A stretch of 64,000 nucleotides of DNA from a virus. Every line of letters begins with the position of its first letter. Within the stretch, counting starts at the first letter, position 1. Below are positions 32,501 to 42,207 of the stretch, piece by piece. Under the pieces are notes generated by a model. It ran no database searches and was not told the origin of the DNA. It saw only the letters and a program-made list of their open reading frames with translations. The stretch lies in the IMG/VR virus record IMGVR_UViG_3300046323_000419, positions 36,364-100,363 of that record; one strand, given 5' to 3'. The position numbers and the translations under genes are program-made.

Positions 32501-35500
32501 ATATTCACAAGCTGTCTTAACACCACGATTACGTAAAGGTAATGATTTAGAAAAACTTTATGATAAGATGGTTAATTCGGGTGTTGATGAATTATTAACA
32601 TTTGACGCAATTAAAGTAGGTTCTAATCGACCAACTCGTACTTATGATGATAATGGTGCTCTTTTAGAAAATTTTGTATTAAATCCAATGATATTACCTT
32701 CTAATGGTTGGAAGTTACAACAAGACTTACCAACTAAGACAATGCACGCTACTGAATTAGGTTCTCAATTACAAAAAAATATTTTTCAAGGTTTAGCTTT
32801 TAATAAAGCTGAGGAATTTGAAGTAAATGATGAAGAATTATTTACTGGTGATCAAATGATTGAGAATATTGCAAATGTTGTAGGAGATTTATCAGATTTA
32901 GGTTATCAAGGTGTATTAGAAGAATTTGGAGTTGATGCTACTGGTAAAATTAATAATTTAGATACTTTTTATAATTCAATTATTTCTGAATTAAAATCTA
33001 GAAATGGTTCTAGAAATATAATTAAAGCTTTAGAATCTGAAGTTTCTATTTATGGATTACCACAAGTTCAAAAGAAATTACAAAATATATTTGGTGCAAT
33101 TATGACTAAACGTATTTTGAAAATTCAAACTAATGGTGGTTCATTTATACAAATGTCTAATTATGGTTTAAATAGTGAAAATGCAGAAAGTCAAAATGTA
33201 ATATGGAGTCCAAACGCATTAGCTACTACACACGAACCACAGTTTTTAAAAGATGATAAAGGTGAATTTATATTATCTAAAAATGGTAAAAAGATTGTTA
33301 GACCTGGTGGAGTATTAATATCAGGTTCATTTATTGCTAAATATATTCCTGATTATGCTACGAAATCACCTAAAGAATTATTTGGTTATACAAATGAAGA
33401 AGGTGAATTTATTAAAGGTGTAATTGATGATAGAATTCTTAACAATATAATAGGATATAGAATTCCTAATCAAGGTTTATCATCTAATGATGCTTTACAA
33501 ATAGTAGGCATTCTTCCTGAAGAAAATGGAGATACAATTGTAGCTTATACAGGTATTACTACTAAAACAGGTTCTGATTTTGATATTGATAAAATGTATA
33601 TAATGTTTCCATCATTCAATCACAATGTCGAATCGAACAATTTAGAATATATTAATTATAATTCTGAAAATAAAACTAAAGAAGGTTTACAAAATAGATT
33701 AATTGAATTATACAAATCTGTTTTATTAAATGAAAAAGTTATACCAGATGTAATGACACCTATTGACTTTGATTTTATGAAAAATGATATTAGGAGTATA
33801 TTTAAACAACCTGCAATAACTAATTTAAGTTTATTTAACCCATTAAAAGATATTAATATTCGTTATGGGTTCTTAGCTGGGCAAGCTGGTGTAGGACAAC
33901 AAGCTAATGCGTTAATGTCATATGTATTAGGCAGTATGTCTGATATGTCACTAACTAACTTTAGCGTACCTAATTCTAATAATAAATTAGACCAAGAATA
34001 TTCTAATAATTTATCTAATGAAGATATTAATTATTATAAGAAATTTTTAAAACTTAGTGATGAACAAGTTAAAGAAATTAAATCTATTAAAATTGGTAAT
34101 TCATTATCAGCAGTATTAAATGCTTTTGTGGATATTGCAAAAGATCCATATATTACAGAAGCTGGTTGGACAACTATGACAACTAATACAGGTAACTTAT
34201 TATTAAGATATGGTGTACATCCTTTTTATGTAAATGCTTTATTATCACAAACTGTAATTCAAGATTATGTTAAATTTAGTCAAAAATATGAAAAGTCTAA
34301 TGACCAAAGTTTAAGTACATTAGATGCTTTTATTGAACAGGAATTTGGTAAAGATACTTATAAAGATTATAATAAAAAGAATGTTTTAAATAATTCATTA
34401 GAATCTTTAAGAGATCAAATTGGTAAACAAGGTTCAGATGAACACAGAATGAATACTTTATATTCATTTCTATATTTTCAAGATGGTTCTAAAGTTTTAC
34501 AAAAAGCTGTTAATGCTTCTAAATTTATGGTTAATGGTGCTGGTAAGAATATAACATCTTTACAAATATCTAAAAATTCTGTAGATTCTATATTAGAAAA
34601 TGAAACTAAACATAATGATAAACAAATTGTATTAAATGGGTTTCAAAGTTTATTTCAAAATCCTAATGGTAGTGAATCAATGTTTTCAAGATATTATACA
34701 AATGTTGTCTTAGGAGTTGATAAAATTGTTAAAGCTAATCCTAAATTATTCTTATCTGCAAATTCTGTTATACAAAATTCATTTAATGAAATAGCATATG
34801 ATTTAAGTAACGATAAACTTTTAGATAATGAATTAGGTGATGAATTAGAAATACACGCTTATAGTTACTTAATGTCAGGATTTCAACCTTTAAATATATC
34901 AATTGCTGAAAAAACAGAGTTACTTACAAATTTTGTAAATGAATTTAAAAAATTTCAAACGGATAATAAAGAACTATATTCTATTGTTGATTCATTAGTT
35001 GTTAAACCTGGAAGTGGTAAAATTGATTATATTACATTAAATAACAGAATTAAAAGTCCAGAAATTGAAGAATCTTTAACTAATTCATTCTCAGATTTAT
35101 TAGATAAAGAACCTGAATTTACTGAAAAGTTAATTAAATATTCATTTTTAACATCAGGATTTTCAATGAATCCTAATCAGTTTTTTACTCATATACCATC
35201 TCAATGGATGATGAGAAATAATATAAATAGATATATTATTGATACTAATGATAATTATAATAATAATGAAGTTAATGATTTTAATATGATTGACCAATTT
35301 TATTTATCAAATATAGATAATACTAAATATGTTAAAAATGTAACTGAAGGTCAAATTGATGTTTTAGTTAAAGTATTAAATGACTCTGGAGAACTTCAAA
35401 CATTTGATATTAGAAAAAATGGTTTTGTAATGAAAAAAACTGGTAAACAAGGTTATTTTAAAGTTAAATCTACAGAATCTGGTGTAATTTATTATAAACT

Positions 35501-36038
35501 ATTAGGTTATACATTTGATGGTAAAGGAGTTTATACTAGATTTATCACTAATACTCAAGGTAAATTTGTCGATATTCAACCTCTTAATAAAAAAGATAAA
35601 AAAGGTAATCGTATTTATGGTTATAGTAGAGAAGGTATTATTTTAAAATCATCTTCAGAAACTATTGGTAATTTAGCAACTGTAAGAGGTCAAAAGATAT
35701 TAAATGATTTAGCCGTAATACCTAGAGATGCTGAATATCATAATGAAGTTATTCCAAATGAAGTGAAAGTTGATAATATTATTATAGAACCTAAGTTAGA
35801 AATTAAATCTGAAATAGATATAACTAATCAAACTGAAATAAAAGTTGATAATATTATGGAAAATAATAATCTAATTGAAAAAGAAGTTATTTTTGAACCT
35901 TTAAATTTTAACTTTAAATTTGTAGATAATAAAACATTAGTGGATAGTGATTCACCTATAGATAATAAAACTTTACAGGATAAACTTAAAAAAACATATA
36001 AAGAATTAGATTTACTTATAAAATGTATAGGATTATGA
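29535..36038 (+). CDS. Virion-packaged single-chain two-barrel RNA polymerase (phi14:2 gp66-like)
   Basis: 2167 aa; catalytic GSDFDIDK (DxDxD), GYRIPNQG, ADAQAW, NAFVDIAKDP, KRI..T motifs. Confidence 0.92.
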   Translation: MSCKFIVNGTESKLYDKILTAFNGDEELSKTLHSSFAKDDKFIKEFGDWDDAYKNSYENLETKLSYIDRTEDNGEPMLYQNDKTGDWYYLDKDYNKVILVENKKSLNSLFEYQEIQQLTKVLTNDYFKNHLKVDFNNIDLEKETVSIKMAVIAKLRERIEFLKTSDDVYFEDVADRLEIALKDNLNEIVENVKTIFEQNKISYKDNLDSDEDSNLSEIEIIENQKDPSYNTQSNEKSSKEGVTANIKFRLSLIEDVENSDYFLNDKVYIDFNVIHNDLLSQLSNIVALEKDGVQEDRFELLKAEVLKFVGKKPYFKELYRMLSDPDLSEEIKNEFSSAFNLHQGNLNTSKFKRDKDGNIEWSNINAAQSAKKENDVLYVWGNNFKTDFVTIDGDKSFITPENKKVLKSYSDKLNKINVLQETAVNDFIEILRDLGVESTIQGFNHYLDDLKLIGNDPEISNKIFNKTITGLKYFFKSIEDNKISNLDEAFNTQTIFKNLARAEVFYMAENADFSVFTGGKQKWTFSYPSFLSNTIEAWKKDRNILLNHYQASEYNSGSYKMKYLLAFGDTYEVDELTLPEAQEAARVEESKKRINDISLGSFNVFQEEKETTTESANVKEINENLYILDNVNKTVAFINGGLSYHRGTTPAEKGTQYEISMGGNISTNARYGGEFGIDFNEEALDIVFEYFDSEYRRMRVENAFMADENNSNKLITYYHLGAKNVFKSQLFPSLSPNEIANAAKDFGSNFHLIYENGNAYLETLKGSDFEADIKRYIKKALVEDIIDVDGTLSSLVKAGLFEQNADSSYKNLGIDSKVWDKYGQDQALKVATDYYINSLIAQVEYSKMFAGDVAYYKNGVDYKKRIPATYTDGIYQRLNDKNKNFTIAVIESVNIASPFHPAIEELVGEKIAKYYTDINSADAQAWITPARWKNLIESLGKWNSIYQSAYDKLEGINNEPFTEKELKKVAQPLKGVYFQNINGQPVFLKYSQAVLTPRLRKGNDLEKLYDKMVNSGVDELLTFDAIKVGSNRPTRTYDDNGALLENFVLNPMILPSNGWKLQQDLPTKTMHATELGSQLQKNIFQGLAFNKAEEFEVNDEELFTGDQMIENIANVVGDLSDLGYQGVLEEFGVDATGKINNLDTFYNSIISELKSRNGSRNIIKALESEVSIYGLPQVQKKLQNIFGAIMTKRILKIQTNGGSFIQMSNYGLNSENAESQNVIWSPNALATTHEPQFLKDDKGEFILSKNGKKIVRPGGVLISGSFIAKYIPDYATKSPKELFGYTNEEGEFIKGVIDDRILNNIIGYRIPNQGLSSNDALQIVGILPEENGDTIVAYTGITTKTGSDFDIDKMYIMFPSFNHNVESNNLEYINYNSENKTKEGLQNRLIELYKSVLLNEKVIPDVMTPIDFDFMKNDIRSIFKQPAITNLSLFNPLKDINIRYGFLAGQAGVGQQANALMSYVLGSMSDMSLTNFSVPNSNNKLDQEYSNNLSNEDINYYKKFLKLSDEQVKEIKSIKIGNSLSAVLNAFVDIAKDPYITEAGWTTMTTNTGNLLLRYGVHPFYVNALLSQTVIQDYVKFSQKYEKSNDQSLSTLDAFIEQEFGKDTYKDYNKKNVLNNSLESLRDQIGKQGSDEHRMNTLYSFLYFQDGSKVLQKAVNASKFMVNGAGKNITSLQISKNSVDSILENETKHNDKQIVLNGFQSLFQNPNGSESMFSRYYTNVVLGVDKIVKANPKLFLSANSVIQNSFNEIAYDLSNDKLLDNELGDELEIHAYSYLMSGFQPLNISIAEKTELLTNFVNEFKKFQTDNKELYSIVDSLVVKPGSGKIDYITLNNRIKSPEIEESLTNSFSDLLDKEPEFTEKLIKYSFLTSGFSMNPNQFFTHIPSQWMMRNNINRYIIDTNDNYNNNEVNDFNMIDQFYLSNIDNTKYVKNVTEGQIDVLVKVLNDSGELQTFDIRKNGFVMKKTGKQGYFKVKSTESGVIYYKLLGYTFDGKGVYTRFITNTQGKFVDIQPLNKKDKKGNRIYGYSREGIILKSSSETIGNLATVRGQKILNDLAVIPRDAEYHNEVIPNEVKVDNIIIEPKLEIKSEIDITNQTEIKVDNIMENNNLIEKEVIFEPLNFNFKFVDNKTLVDSDSPIDNKTLQDKLKKTYKELDLLIKCIGL

Positions 36039-36358
36039 ACGAAGATTTAGAATTTGAAAGATTACTTATTGAAAAAAGACATTCTGAGTTAATAGTTTTA
36101 TTAACTAAAATGTTAAATAAACCATCTTCTACTACAGATTTAAAAAAAATAGAAAGTCTTTTAACTTTATTATCTGAAAAAAAAGAAGATAATATTCCAA
36201 AAAGTATTCAAATATTAAGTGAAAGTATTATTAAAAGTCAAAATAAATTAATTTCAACAATTGAAGAACTTAAAAATAAAAAAGGTGAATGGACATTTGA
36301 AATTATAAGAAATACTTATGGTAATATATATGAAGTTAAAGCAATTCAAAATAAATAA
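36035..36358 (+). CDS. Hypothetical coiled-coil protein, first gene of inserted cassette
   Basis: ATG overlaps RNAP TGA; C-term WTFEIIRNTYGNIYEVKA. Confidence 0.55.
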   Translation: MNEDLEFERLLIEKRHSELIVLLTKMLNKPSSTTDLKKIESLLTLLSEKKEDNIPKSIQILSESIIKSQNKLISTIEELKNKKGEWTFEIIRNTYGNIYEVKAIQNK

Positions 36359-36424
36359 AAATGGTAGCATTTACAATAACTACATTCAGAACTTTAGAAA
36401 TTATAACAGTAAAAAAAATAAATT

Positions 36425-38770
36425 ATGCCAGCAATAAGAGATTCATCATTTAACTTTAATACAGCTACAGCAGCTTCCTTAGTCTTACCTGCGGTGAATT
36501 TGGTAGCAAACGATTTATTGATAGCGTTTATATCTATAGATACAGGTACGGCTGCGGTCACTTCAACAGGATGGACAGAACTATTCCGTACTACATCAAC
36601 ATCACAGTTGGTGTGTATGTATAAAATAAGCAACGGAACTGAAGGAGATATTACTTTTGCGTACACGACAGAAACAGCAGTGGGTTGTTTAATAGCTATC
36701 AAAGACGTTAATACTACCAATCCATTTGGAGCAACTCCAGTTTTTAATAGTGCAGCATCAGCCACGACGGCTAAAATTACTATGCAACAAATTACTACTA
36801 CTATTCCAAACTCATTAGTATTATACGCTAATGGTCGTTCAGCAGTAGGTATTCCATCGTTTTTAGAAGGTGCAGTAACAAGTTTATTTGCAGGTGATGG
36901 AGGTGCAGAATCATTAGCAGTAGGTTGGGGGTTTCAACCAACGGCAGGATTAACTCCAAACAATATAGTATCATCAGCTTTAGCAGCAGTTGCAGGAGTT
37001 AGAGCAGTTATACAAATTGCTCCGCCAAGTGGAGGTGCTACCGTGATACCTACATATTGTGCTTCGGATTTATCAATTTATGTAGACCCTATTAACGGAA
37101 CAAGTGCTTACAATGCAAATACTGCATTGGCAGCTACGGCAGATACAGGATTTAGTACATCATTAGGAGGTTTAGTTGCAGCAGACGCAACAGTTGCAGC
37201 CGTTACAGATGTTGGAATTAACTCGTTTCACTCCGTAGGAAGATTGACATCAATATCAGCTAGTAAAAACTTATCTGGTGCAGAATTAGTTTTATTGGAT
37301 GCTAATAGACCAAATATTACAGGAAAAAACATATTAGTGCATTTAGGAGCAAGTACAGAGGGACAACTTCAAAGGTTTTCAAGTGTTGCGTCAGGCAGAG
37401 GAATATGGTTTGGTGTTCGTAGTGGAGCTGCAAGTAACTGGAAAATATGGCAGGTTTACGGTGCGGAAAATGGTATTGGTAGACATAAACCTGTAATTAT
37501 AAATTCATCAGCTTTAAACGTAAAATCAACAAATGGAACATTAGACACGACATTAGCTAAAGCATTTGGATTTTGGGTGTCAGGTTCTGGAGTTACAACG
37601 ACTATTTGGGATTTCGCTTCCTTATGGGTTTTAGATACGTGTGCTGTAGCAGGTGGTATTGTTGCTTTTCCTATGGATATTTCAGGAATAACAAACGCAG
37701 CGGCTACAGGAAAAGAAAGAAAAAACATTCTACAACAAGGTGAAAAACAAGCATTATTATTAAGCCATATACAGATAGGAAACGGTGGGACATACCCTGT
37801 TTATTTAAACTTAGATGGTACAGCTATTGAGTTTCCTAAACAATATGATGAAAGTATTGCGCAAGCGAGCTACAATAGTGTTGATAATGTATGTGGACTC
37901 ACTTACTATGCAGGTGCTAATGATGTTATAAAACACATAAATTCAGTTGTTTCTTCTTCTTCTCGGTATAAATGGGGTTTACATGCTTCAAGTTCAGCAA
38001 GTGCAAGTTATGATTTTTCAGGGCTTTCTGTAATTGGGGCAGGGACAATAACATTAGCAATTGCAATTACTATTACGGAGTTGACAATAAACAACTACTC
38101 TACTTTAGATATATCTAGTGCAGATTTAGTTAACTGCACAATTTTAAACGTTCCAAGTGCAAACGATAGTATGACTTCCAACGCTTCAACTTCTATTACA
38201 GGAAGTACTATAAACGTTACAGGTGTTACTGCTGGAAATAGATGGTGTTCAGTAGCAAACCCTTCAATATTTAGTAATTCAACATTTATAGGGTCTGGAA
38301 CTACAGGACACGCAATAAGAATTACAACTCCAGGGACATACAGTCTAAGTAATTTAATATTTACATCATTTGGCGCAAACGCTACGAATTTTTCGGCTAT
38401 TCATAACGATAGTGGAGGACTAGTAACATTGAATATATCAGGAGGGACAACTCCTACAATTAGAAATGGAGCAGGTGCATCAACAGTTGTAAACAATAGC
38501 GTATCAATAACCATTGAAGGTAATGTTAGTTTATTAGGTGCAGAGGTTAGAATATATGACTTAGATAACGCACCCGCAGGAAGTTTAGGGACTGAATTAT
38601 CAGGAACGGAATCTAATGTCTCAGCAAACTATGTTTACAGTGGTGGGGCAGGAAATTTAATATTTATACAAATTATGAAAACAGGATACGTGGAATACGG
38701 ACAGTCTATAACTATTCCATCTTCAAATACAACAATTGACATTATTTTAACGAAAGACAATAACATATAA
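36425..38770 (+). CDS. Putative virion surface/fibre protein (beta-rich, beta-helix-like)
   Basis: 781 aa, Ala/Ser/Thr/Gly-rich, higher GC than flanks; C-term GAEVRIY..GTE motif. Confidence 0.55.
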   Translation: MPAIRDSSFNFNTATAASLVLPAVNLVANDLLIAFISIDTGTAAVTSTGWTELFRTTSTSQLVCMYKISNGTEGDITFAYTTETAVGCLIAIKDVNTTNPFGATPVFNSAASATTAKITMQQITTTIPNSLVLYANGRSAVGIPSFLEGAVTSLFAGDGGAESLAVGWGFQPTAGLTPNNIVSSALAAVAGVRAVIQIAPPSGGATVIPTYCASDLSIYVDPINGTSAYNANTALAATADTGFSTSLGGLVAADATVAAVTDVGINSFHSVGRLTSISASKNLSGAELVLLDANRPNITGKNILVHLGASTEGQLQRFSSVASGRGIWFGVRSGAASNWKIWQVYGAENGIGRHKPVIINSSALNVKSTNGTLDTTLAKAFGFWVSGSGVTTTIWDFASLWVLDTCAVAGGIVAFPMDISGITNAAATGKERKNILQQGEKQALLLSHIQIGNGGTYPVYLNLDGTAIEFPKQYDESIAQASYNSVDNVCGLTYYAGANDVIKHINSVVSSSSRYKWGLHASSSASASYDFSGLSVIGAGTITLAIAITITELTINNYSTLDISSADLVNCTILNVPSANDSMTSNASTSITGSTINVTGVTAGNRWCSVANPSIFSNSTFIGSGTTGHAIRITTPGTYSLSNLIFTSFGANATNFSAIHNDSGGLVTLNISGGTTPTIRNGAGASTVVNNSVSITIEGNVSLLGAEVRIYDLDNAPAGSLGTELSGTESNVSANYVYSGGAGNLIFIQIMKTGYVEYGQSITIPSSNTTIDIILTKDNNI

Positions 38771-38780
38771 ATAAACACAA

Positions 38781-40283
38781 ATGGCTTTAATTACACACTT
38801 AAATTTTACAACTACTTTAAAACAAAGTACTTCGCCTCGTGGCGCAACTCCAAATGGAAATTTCTATTTTGACGTAGCTAATAATGAAATTCAACTTATA
38901 GGAGTTGATGAACTACCCACTGTCGACTTTGGTGGCGGTGCAGTTACCAATCCTTTGAACAATGCGGATGGACTCACAATGAGAGCTATCTACAACTTCG
39001 AAAACCAAGAAAGAAGACTTGACGAAAATCTAAGAAAGTACTTAAGAGGTACGGATGGAGATTACCGTTTTGCGGGTGCATTCTCTTTTGTGAATGGTGT
39101 GAAATTAGACGGTACAGACAGGAATAAAATTAGAGGGTCTGGTTTTATTGAGTATGCAGATACGCAAGACGGACAAACAGACGTAGATAGAATCTATCAT
39201 GGTGTACTATCATTGGTATCTATTCAGCCTGGTACAACAACAAGGTTTGCATTAGTTACAGATACAACTGAAACTACATTACAGTCCGCTACATGGGAGA
39301 GTTTTGTTAGACTTGGCGACGTTAATGAGGTAGTACAAGTTTACGGAAGTACTTCTTTTGGTGATGCAGGCGCAGGGAATTTCGATTACACTACAAGAAC
39401 ATTGATTGTTCGTGTACGTTCTTGGGGTTACAATGCAGGTGAAACAACTTCTGTATTAACTGGTATTTCTGAGTTCTCAGGATTCTCCGCAGGTTATGGT
39501 GTTGGTGAATCTATCAATCCTTCAAACTCGTACACATTAGCCAATGTTTTTGGAGGTGCGCAAATTGCTCCGTGGACAGGAATGACATTAGAAAAATTAG
39601 CTGCTCCGCAAGTGGAGTCAGGATTTAATGAAGCAAATGGTAACTTTACATGGGTTTTAAACAACACATTAGGCGGTACGGTACAAGAATGTGCAGCGTA
39701 CTTGGATGCTGTTGCTTTGCAAAATTTAGATATTGATTCAGGCGCAGGAACTTACAACGGATTAAAAGGACGAGTTTGGTACAGTAGGAATGCGGCAGGT
39801 AAAGTTGTGACATCTTCTATAAGTGGTGCAGGTTTATTTATTGAGAATTTAAGTACAGCAGAAAAGCAAAATGTTATAATGACAGATAACGCTGGAGCTA
39901 CTAAAACATATCCATTTTACCCTGAAGTACAAATAACAGTTGGTTCAGCGGCAGTTGCAGATGCGAACGCTTGGTATCACGCATTTTATGTGGATGGTGC
40001 AGCAGCAGCAGATTTTGATGCAAATGGAGCGGTTACAGTTAATGATTCATTAGGTAATCCTGTAAAAGGAAATGTATCAGCGGATCATGTAGCAGGAAAA
40101 ATAAGTTTCCCTTATGATTATGATGGTAATACACAAGCGGGATTGGCAGCAGGAATAGATAAGTCAGTTGTTGTGGTTGTTGAAGGAGATGGGATAGCGT
40201 CGCAAGCTATTACCTATTTCACAATTACAAGAAGTACGATTGTTTCGGTTACTTGCGCACCTTCACTTGATACAAATGCTTAA
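38781..40283 (+). CDS. Putative virion structural protein
   Basis: 500 aa, Gly/Ala/Thr-rich, same cassette. Confidence 0.5.
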   Translation: MALITHLNFTTTLKQSTSPRGATPNGNFYFDVANNEIQLIGVDELPTVDFGGGAVTNPLNNADGLTMRAIYNFENQERRLDENLRKYLRGTDGDYRFAGAFSFVNGVKLDGTDRNKIRGSGFIEYADTQDGQTDVDRIYHGVLSLVSIQPGTTTRFALVTDTTETTLQSATWESFVRLGDVNEVVQVYGSTSFGDAGAGNFDYTTRTLIVRVRSWGYNAGETTSVLTGISEFSGFSAGYGVGESINPSNSYTLANVFGGAQIAPWTGMTLEKLAAPQVESGFNEANGNFTWVLNNTLGGTVQECAAYLDAVALQNLDIDSGAGTYNGLKGRVWYSRNAAGKVVTSSISGAGLFIENLSTAEKQNVIMTDNAGATKTYPFYPEVQITVGSAAVADANAWYHAFYVDGAAAADFDANGAVTVNDSLGNPVKGNVSADHVAGKISFPYDYDGNTQAGLAAGIDKSVVVVVEGDGIASQAITYFTITRSTIVSVTCAPSLDTNA

Positions 40284-40286
40284 TAT

Positions 40287-41609
40287 ATGTCGATACTCAA
40301 TCCTATAATAGACTCTATAGATGGAGCTACAAGAAGGATATATCTAAAGTCGGGAGTAGCTAACTACTTCCCGATTGATGATTTATACCAAGAATATAAA
40401 AGACTGAGAGCAACTGATGAAAACCTAAGAAAATATTACCCTTTGTTAAGAGCAGAGGGTAATATTCCTAAAGGGAGCGGTGCATTTACCCCTAGATATG
40501 TAGTTTTGATTAATGGAACTAAAATAGTACCGTTTAACGAAAGTTTGCAAATAAATCAGTTAGGAGATATGATTACGGACAATCCTGCGGTAGATGCTAC
40601 ATTATACGACATTAGCACTTTGACTGTCGCAAAACCAATCTTTATAAAACCATCGGAGGCGGAAACGATACAGTTAAATAGCACGCAAATAGAATACGCA
40701 TCGTATAACGGTGGTGTTACAATAGATGCTGTAAATGGTACAGATAGCTCAGCATATCCTTATGGTACACCTTTATTTCCATGTAAAACAACAGCAAATT
40801 CTTATGCAATTCGAGTTGCGAGAGGATTTAAAAAAGTATATCTAAGGAGTGATTTAAACTTAATAGGAATCCCTGACGGAATTTTAAATGGTTTAGATAT
40901 AATAGGTGAAACAGGGAATAGAAGACATACATTGACAGTGACTAACGTATTGGTAACTGATTGTAAAGCTACTAATATAAAGGTTAATGGAACATTTAAA
41001 AACGGCTCTACTACGCAAGCATCAGATTGTGAAATATTCGGGTCTTCAAATGTGAACTTACGAGCTGAAAATTGCAGTATATCTTCGGGGGTGTATGAAA
41101 GTACAAGCTTGACAAATTGTGTTTTGGATGGAGATATTAAGATAAAGACAGGTGGGAGCATGAGTGGAATAGGGATAATTTTTGAAGGTGATTTTACAAC
41201 TATCGATATGCAAAGTGCAGTTTCAACCGTTTCTATGGATGTAGACTCAGGATATTTTAAGTTGATGAATGCTGTTACAGGATGTTTAGCAGAATTTAAT
41301 TTAAGGGGTGGCGAAATAGAAATTGATACAACTTGTACAGGTGGAGAATATTATTTAGAAGGTTATGGTGTATTGTATAATGGGGGTACTATGATTGAAA
41401 AGGCAAATAATTTACAATCAGTTATTATTTCTGAAACAGTTGTGTCGGAAATGGATAACAATAGTGTTAAATTAGGTGAATTATATCAAATAGAAGGTTT
41501 AGATATTAATAATCCTGTTGTAATCACAGAAACATCTAAAACTACAGGTAGTATTAATTTGGAAATATCTGGAAATGGTGAAACTCTATCAGTTATAACA
41601 AGACAGTAA
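40287..41609 (+). CDS. Putative virion structural protein with beta-helix-like region
   Basis: 440 aa; short Cys-spaced beta repeats (DCEIF, NCSIS, NCVLD). Confidence 0.5.
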   Translation: MSILNPIIDSIDGATRRIYLKSGVANYFPIDDLYQEYKRLRATDENLRKYYPLLRAEGNIPKGSGAFTPRYVVLINGTKIVPFNESLQINQLGDMITDNPAVDATLYDISTLTVAKPIFIKPSEAETIQLNSTQIEYASYNGGVTIDAVNGTDSSAYPYGTPLFPCKTTANSYAIRVARGFKKVYLRSDLNLIGIPDGILNGLDIIGETGNRRHTLTVTNVLVTDCKATNIKVNGTFKNGSTTQASDCEIFGSSNVNLRAENCSISSGVYESTSLTNCVLDGDIKIKTGGSMSGIGIIFEGDFTTIDMQSAVSTVSMDVDSGYFKLMNAVTGCLAEFNLRGGEIEIDTTCTGGEYYLEGYGVLYNGGTMIEKANNLQSVIISETVVSEMDNNSVKLGELYQIEGLDINNPVVITETSKTTGSINLEISGNGETLSVITRQ

Positions 41610-41875
41610 TGATGAAAACATTATCTAGAGCTACAAAAGGTTATTTATGTAAATCAAGTTTAACATTAAGTATTGCTACAAAAGGTTATTTATGTATTAA
41701 TAAATCTGTTGAAATTATAGATAAACCTTTTAAATATAAAAATAATTCTAGTAATACAAAATCACCTATTTTAAAATCACCTATTTTAAACAGATATGAT
41801 TTAGTAAGACAAGAGAATGATGATACAATATTATTAATAATTAAAATATTTATAGAATGTCAAGAAAATGCTTAG
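41609..41875 (+). CDS. Small hypothetical protein with internal duplications
   Basis: ATKGYLC twice and KSPIL twice; ends QENDDTILLIIKIFIEC. Confidence 0.5.
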   Translation: MMKTLSRATKGYLCKSSLTLSIATKGYLCINKSVEIIDKPFKYKNNSSNTKSPILKSPILNRYDLVRQENDDTILLIIKIFIECQENA

Positions 41876-42198
41876 AGCAATTAAATAATAAAAATGTTTT
41901 AGATGAATTTGATTCTAAAATAAAAAACGGAATATCTGAAAAAGTTGCTGTATTAGAAATTTTGAATAAACAAATTAGCAGTTTTAAAAATGAATATACA
42001 TTATTTATTAATGAGTTTAAAGATTTTAAACCAGAAATAAATAAATTTAAAATTATTGAAGATAATATTAATAATCAAATTCAAGAATTATCTAAAATAA
42101 AAGTTGATAATGTTGTAGAAGTTGATACTATTGTGGAAAATAAAATTGAAGATGATTGGCAAAATGAAGATAATGATGATACCTGTGTACCATTTTAA
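41857..42198 (+). CDS. 113-aa protein with terminal cysteines; putative cargo-chain adaptor
   Basis: Cys only at positions 5 and 110; C-terminal KVDN..ENK segment similar to RNAP tail. Confidence 0.55.
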   Translation: MSRKCLEQLNNKNVLDEFDSKIKNGISEKVAVLEILNKQISSFKNEYTLFINEFKDFKPEINKFKIIEDNINNQIQELSKIKVDNVVEVDTIVENKIEDDWQNEDNDDTCVPF

Positions 42199-42207
42199 TA
42201 AAAAAAT

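Noticed and set aside
29535-36038. Intein, intron or split in the RNAP (and in nrdA/nrdB)
   Set aside because: ORFs are continuous and of expected size, with no intein or homing-endonuclease motifs seen inside.
36361-36453. 30-aa ORF MVAFTITTFRTLE.. before the 781-aa gene
   Set aside because: Too short and overlapping the next gene out of frame; it may be a junction remnant but cannot be supported.
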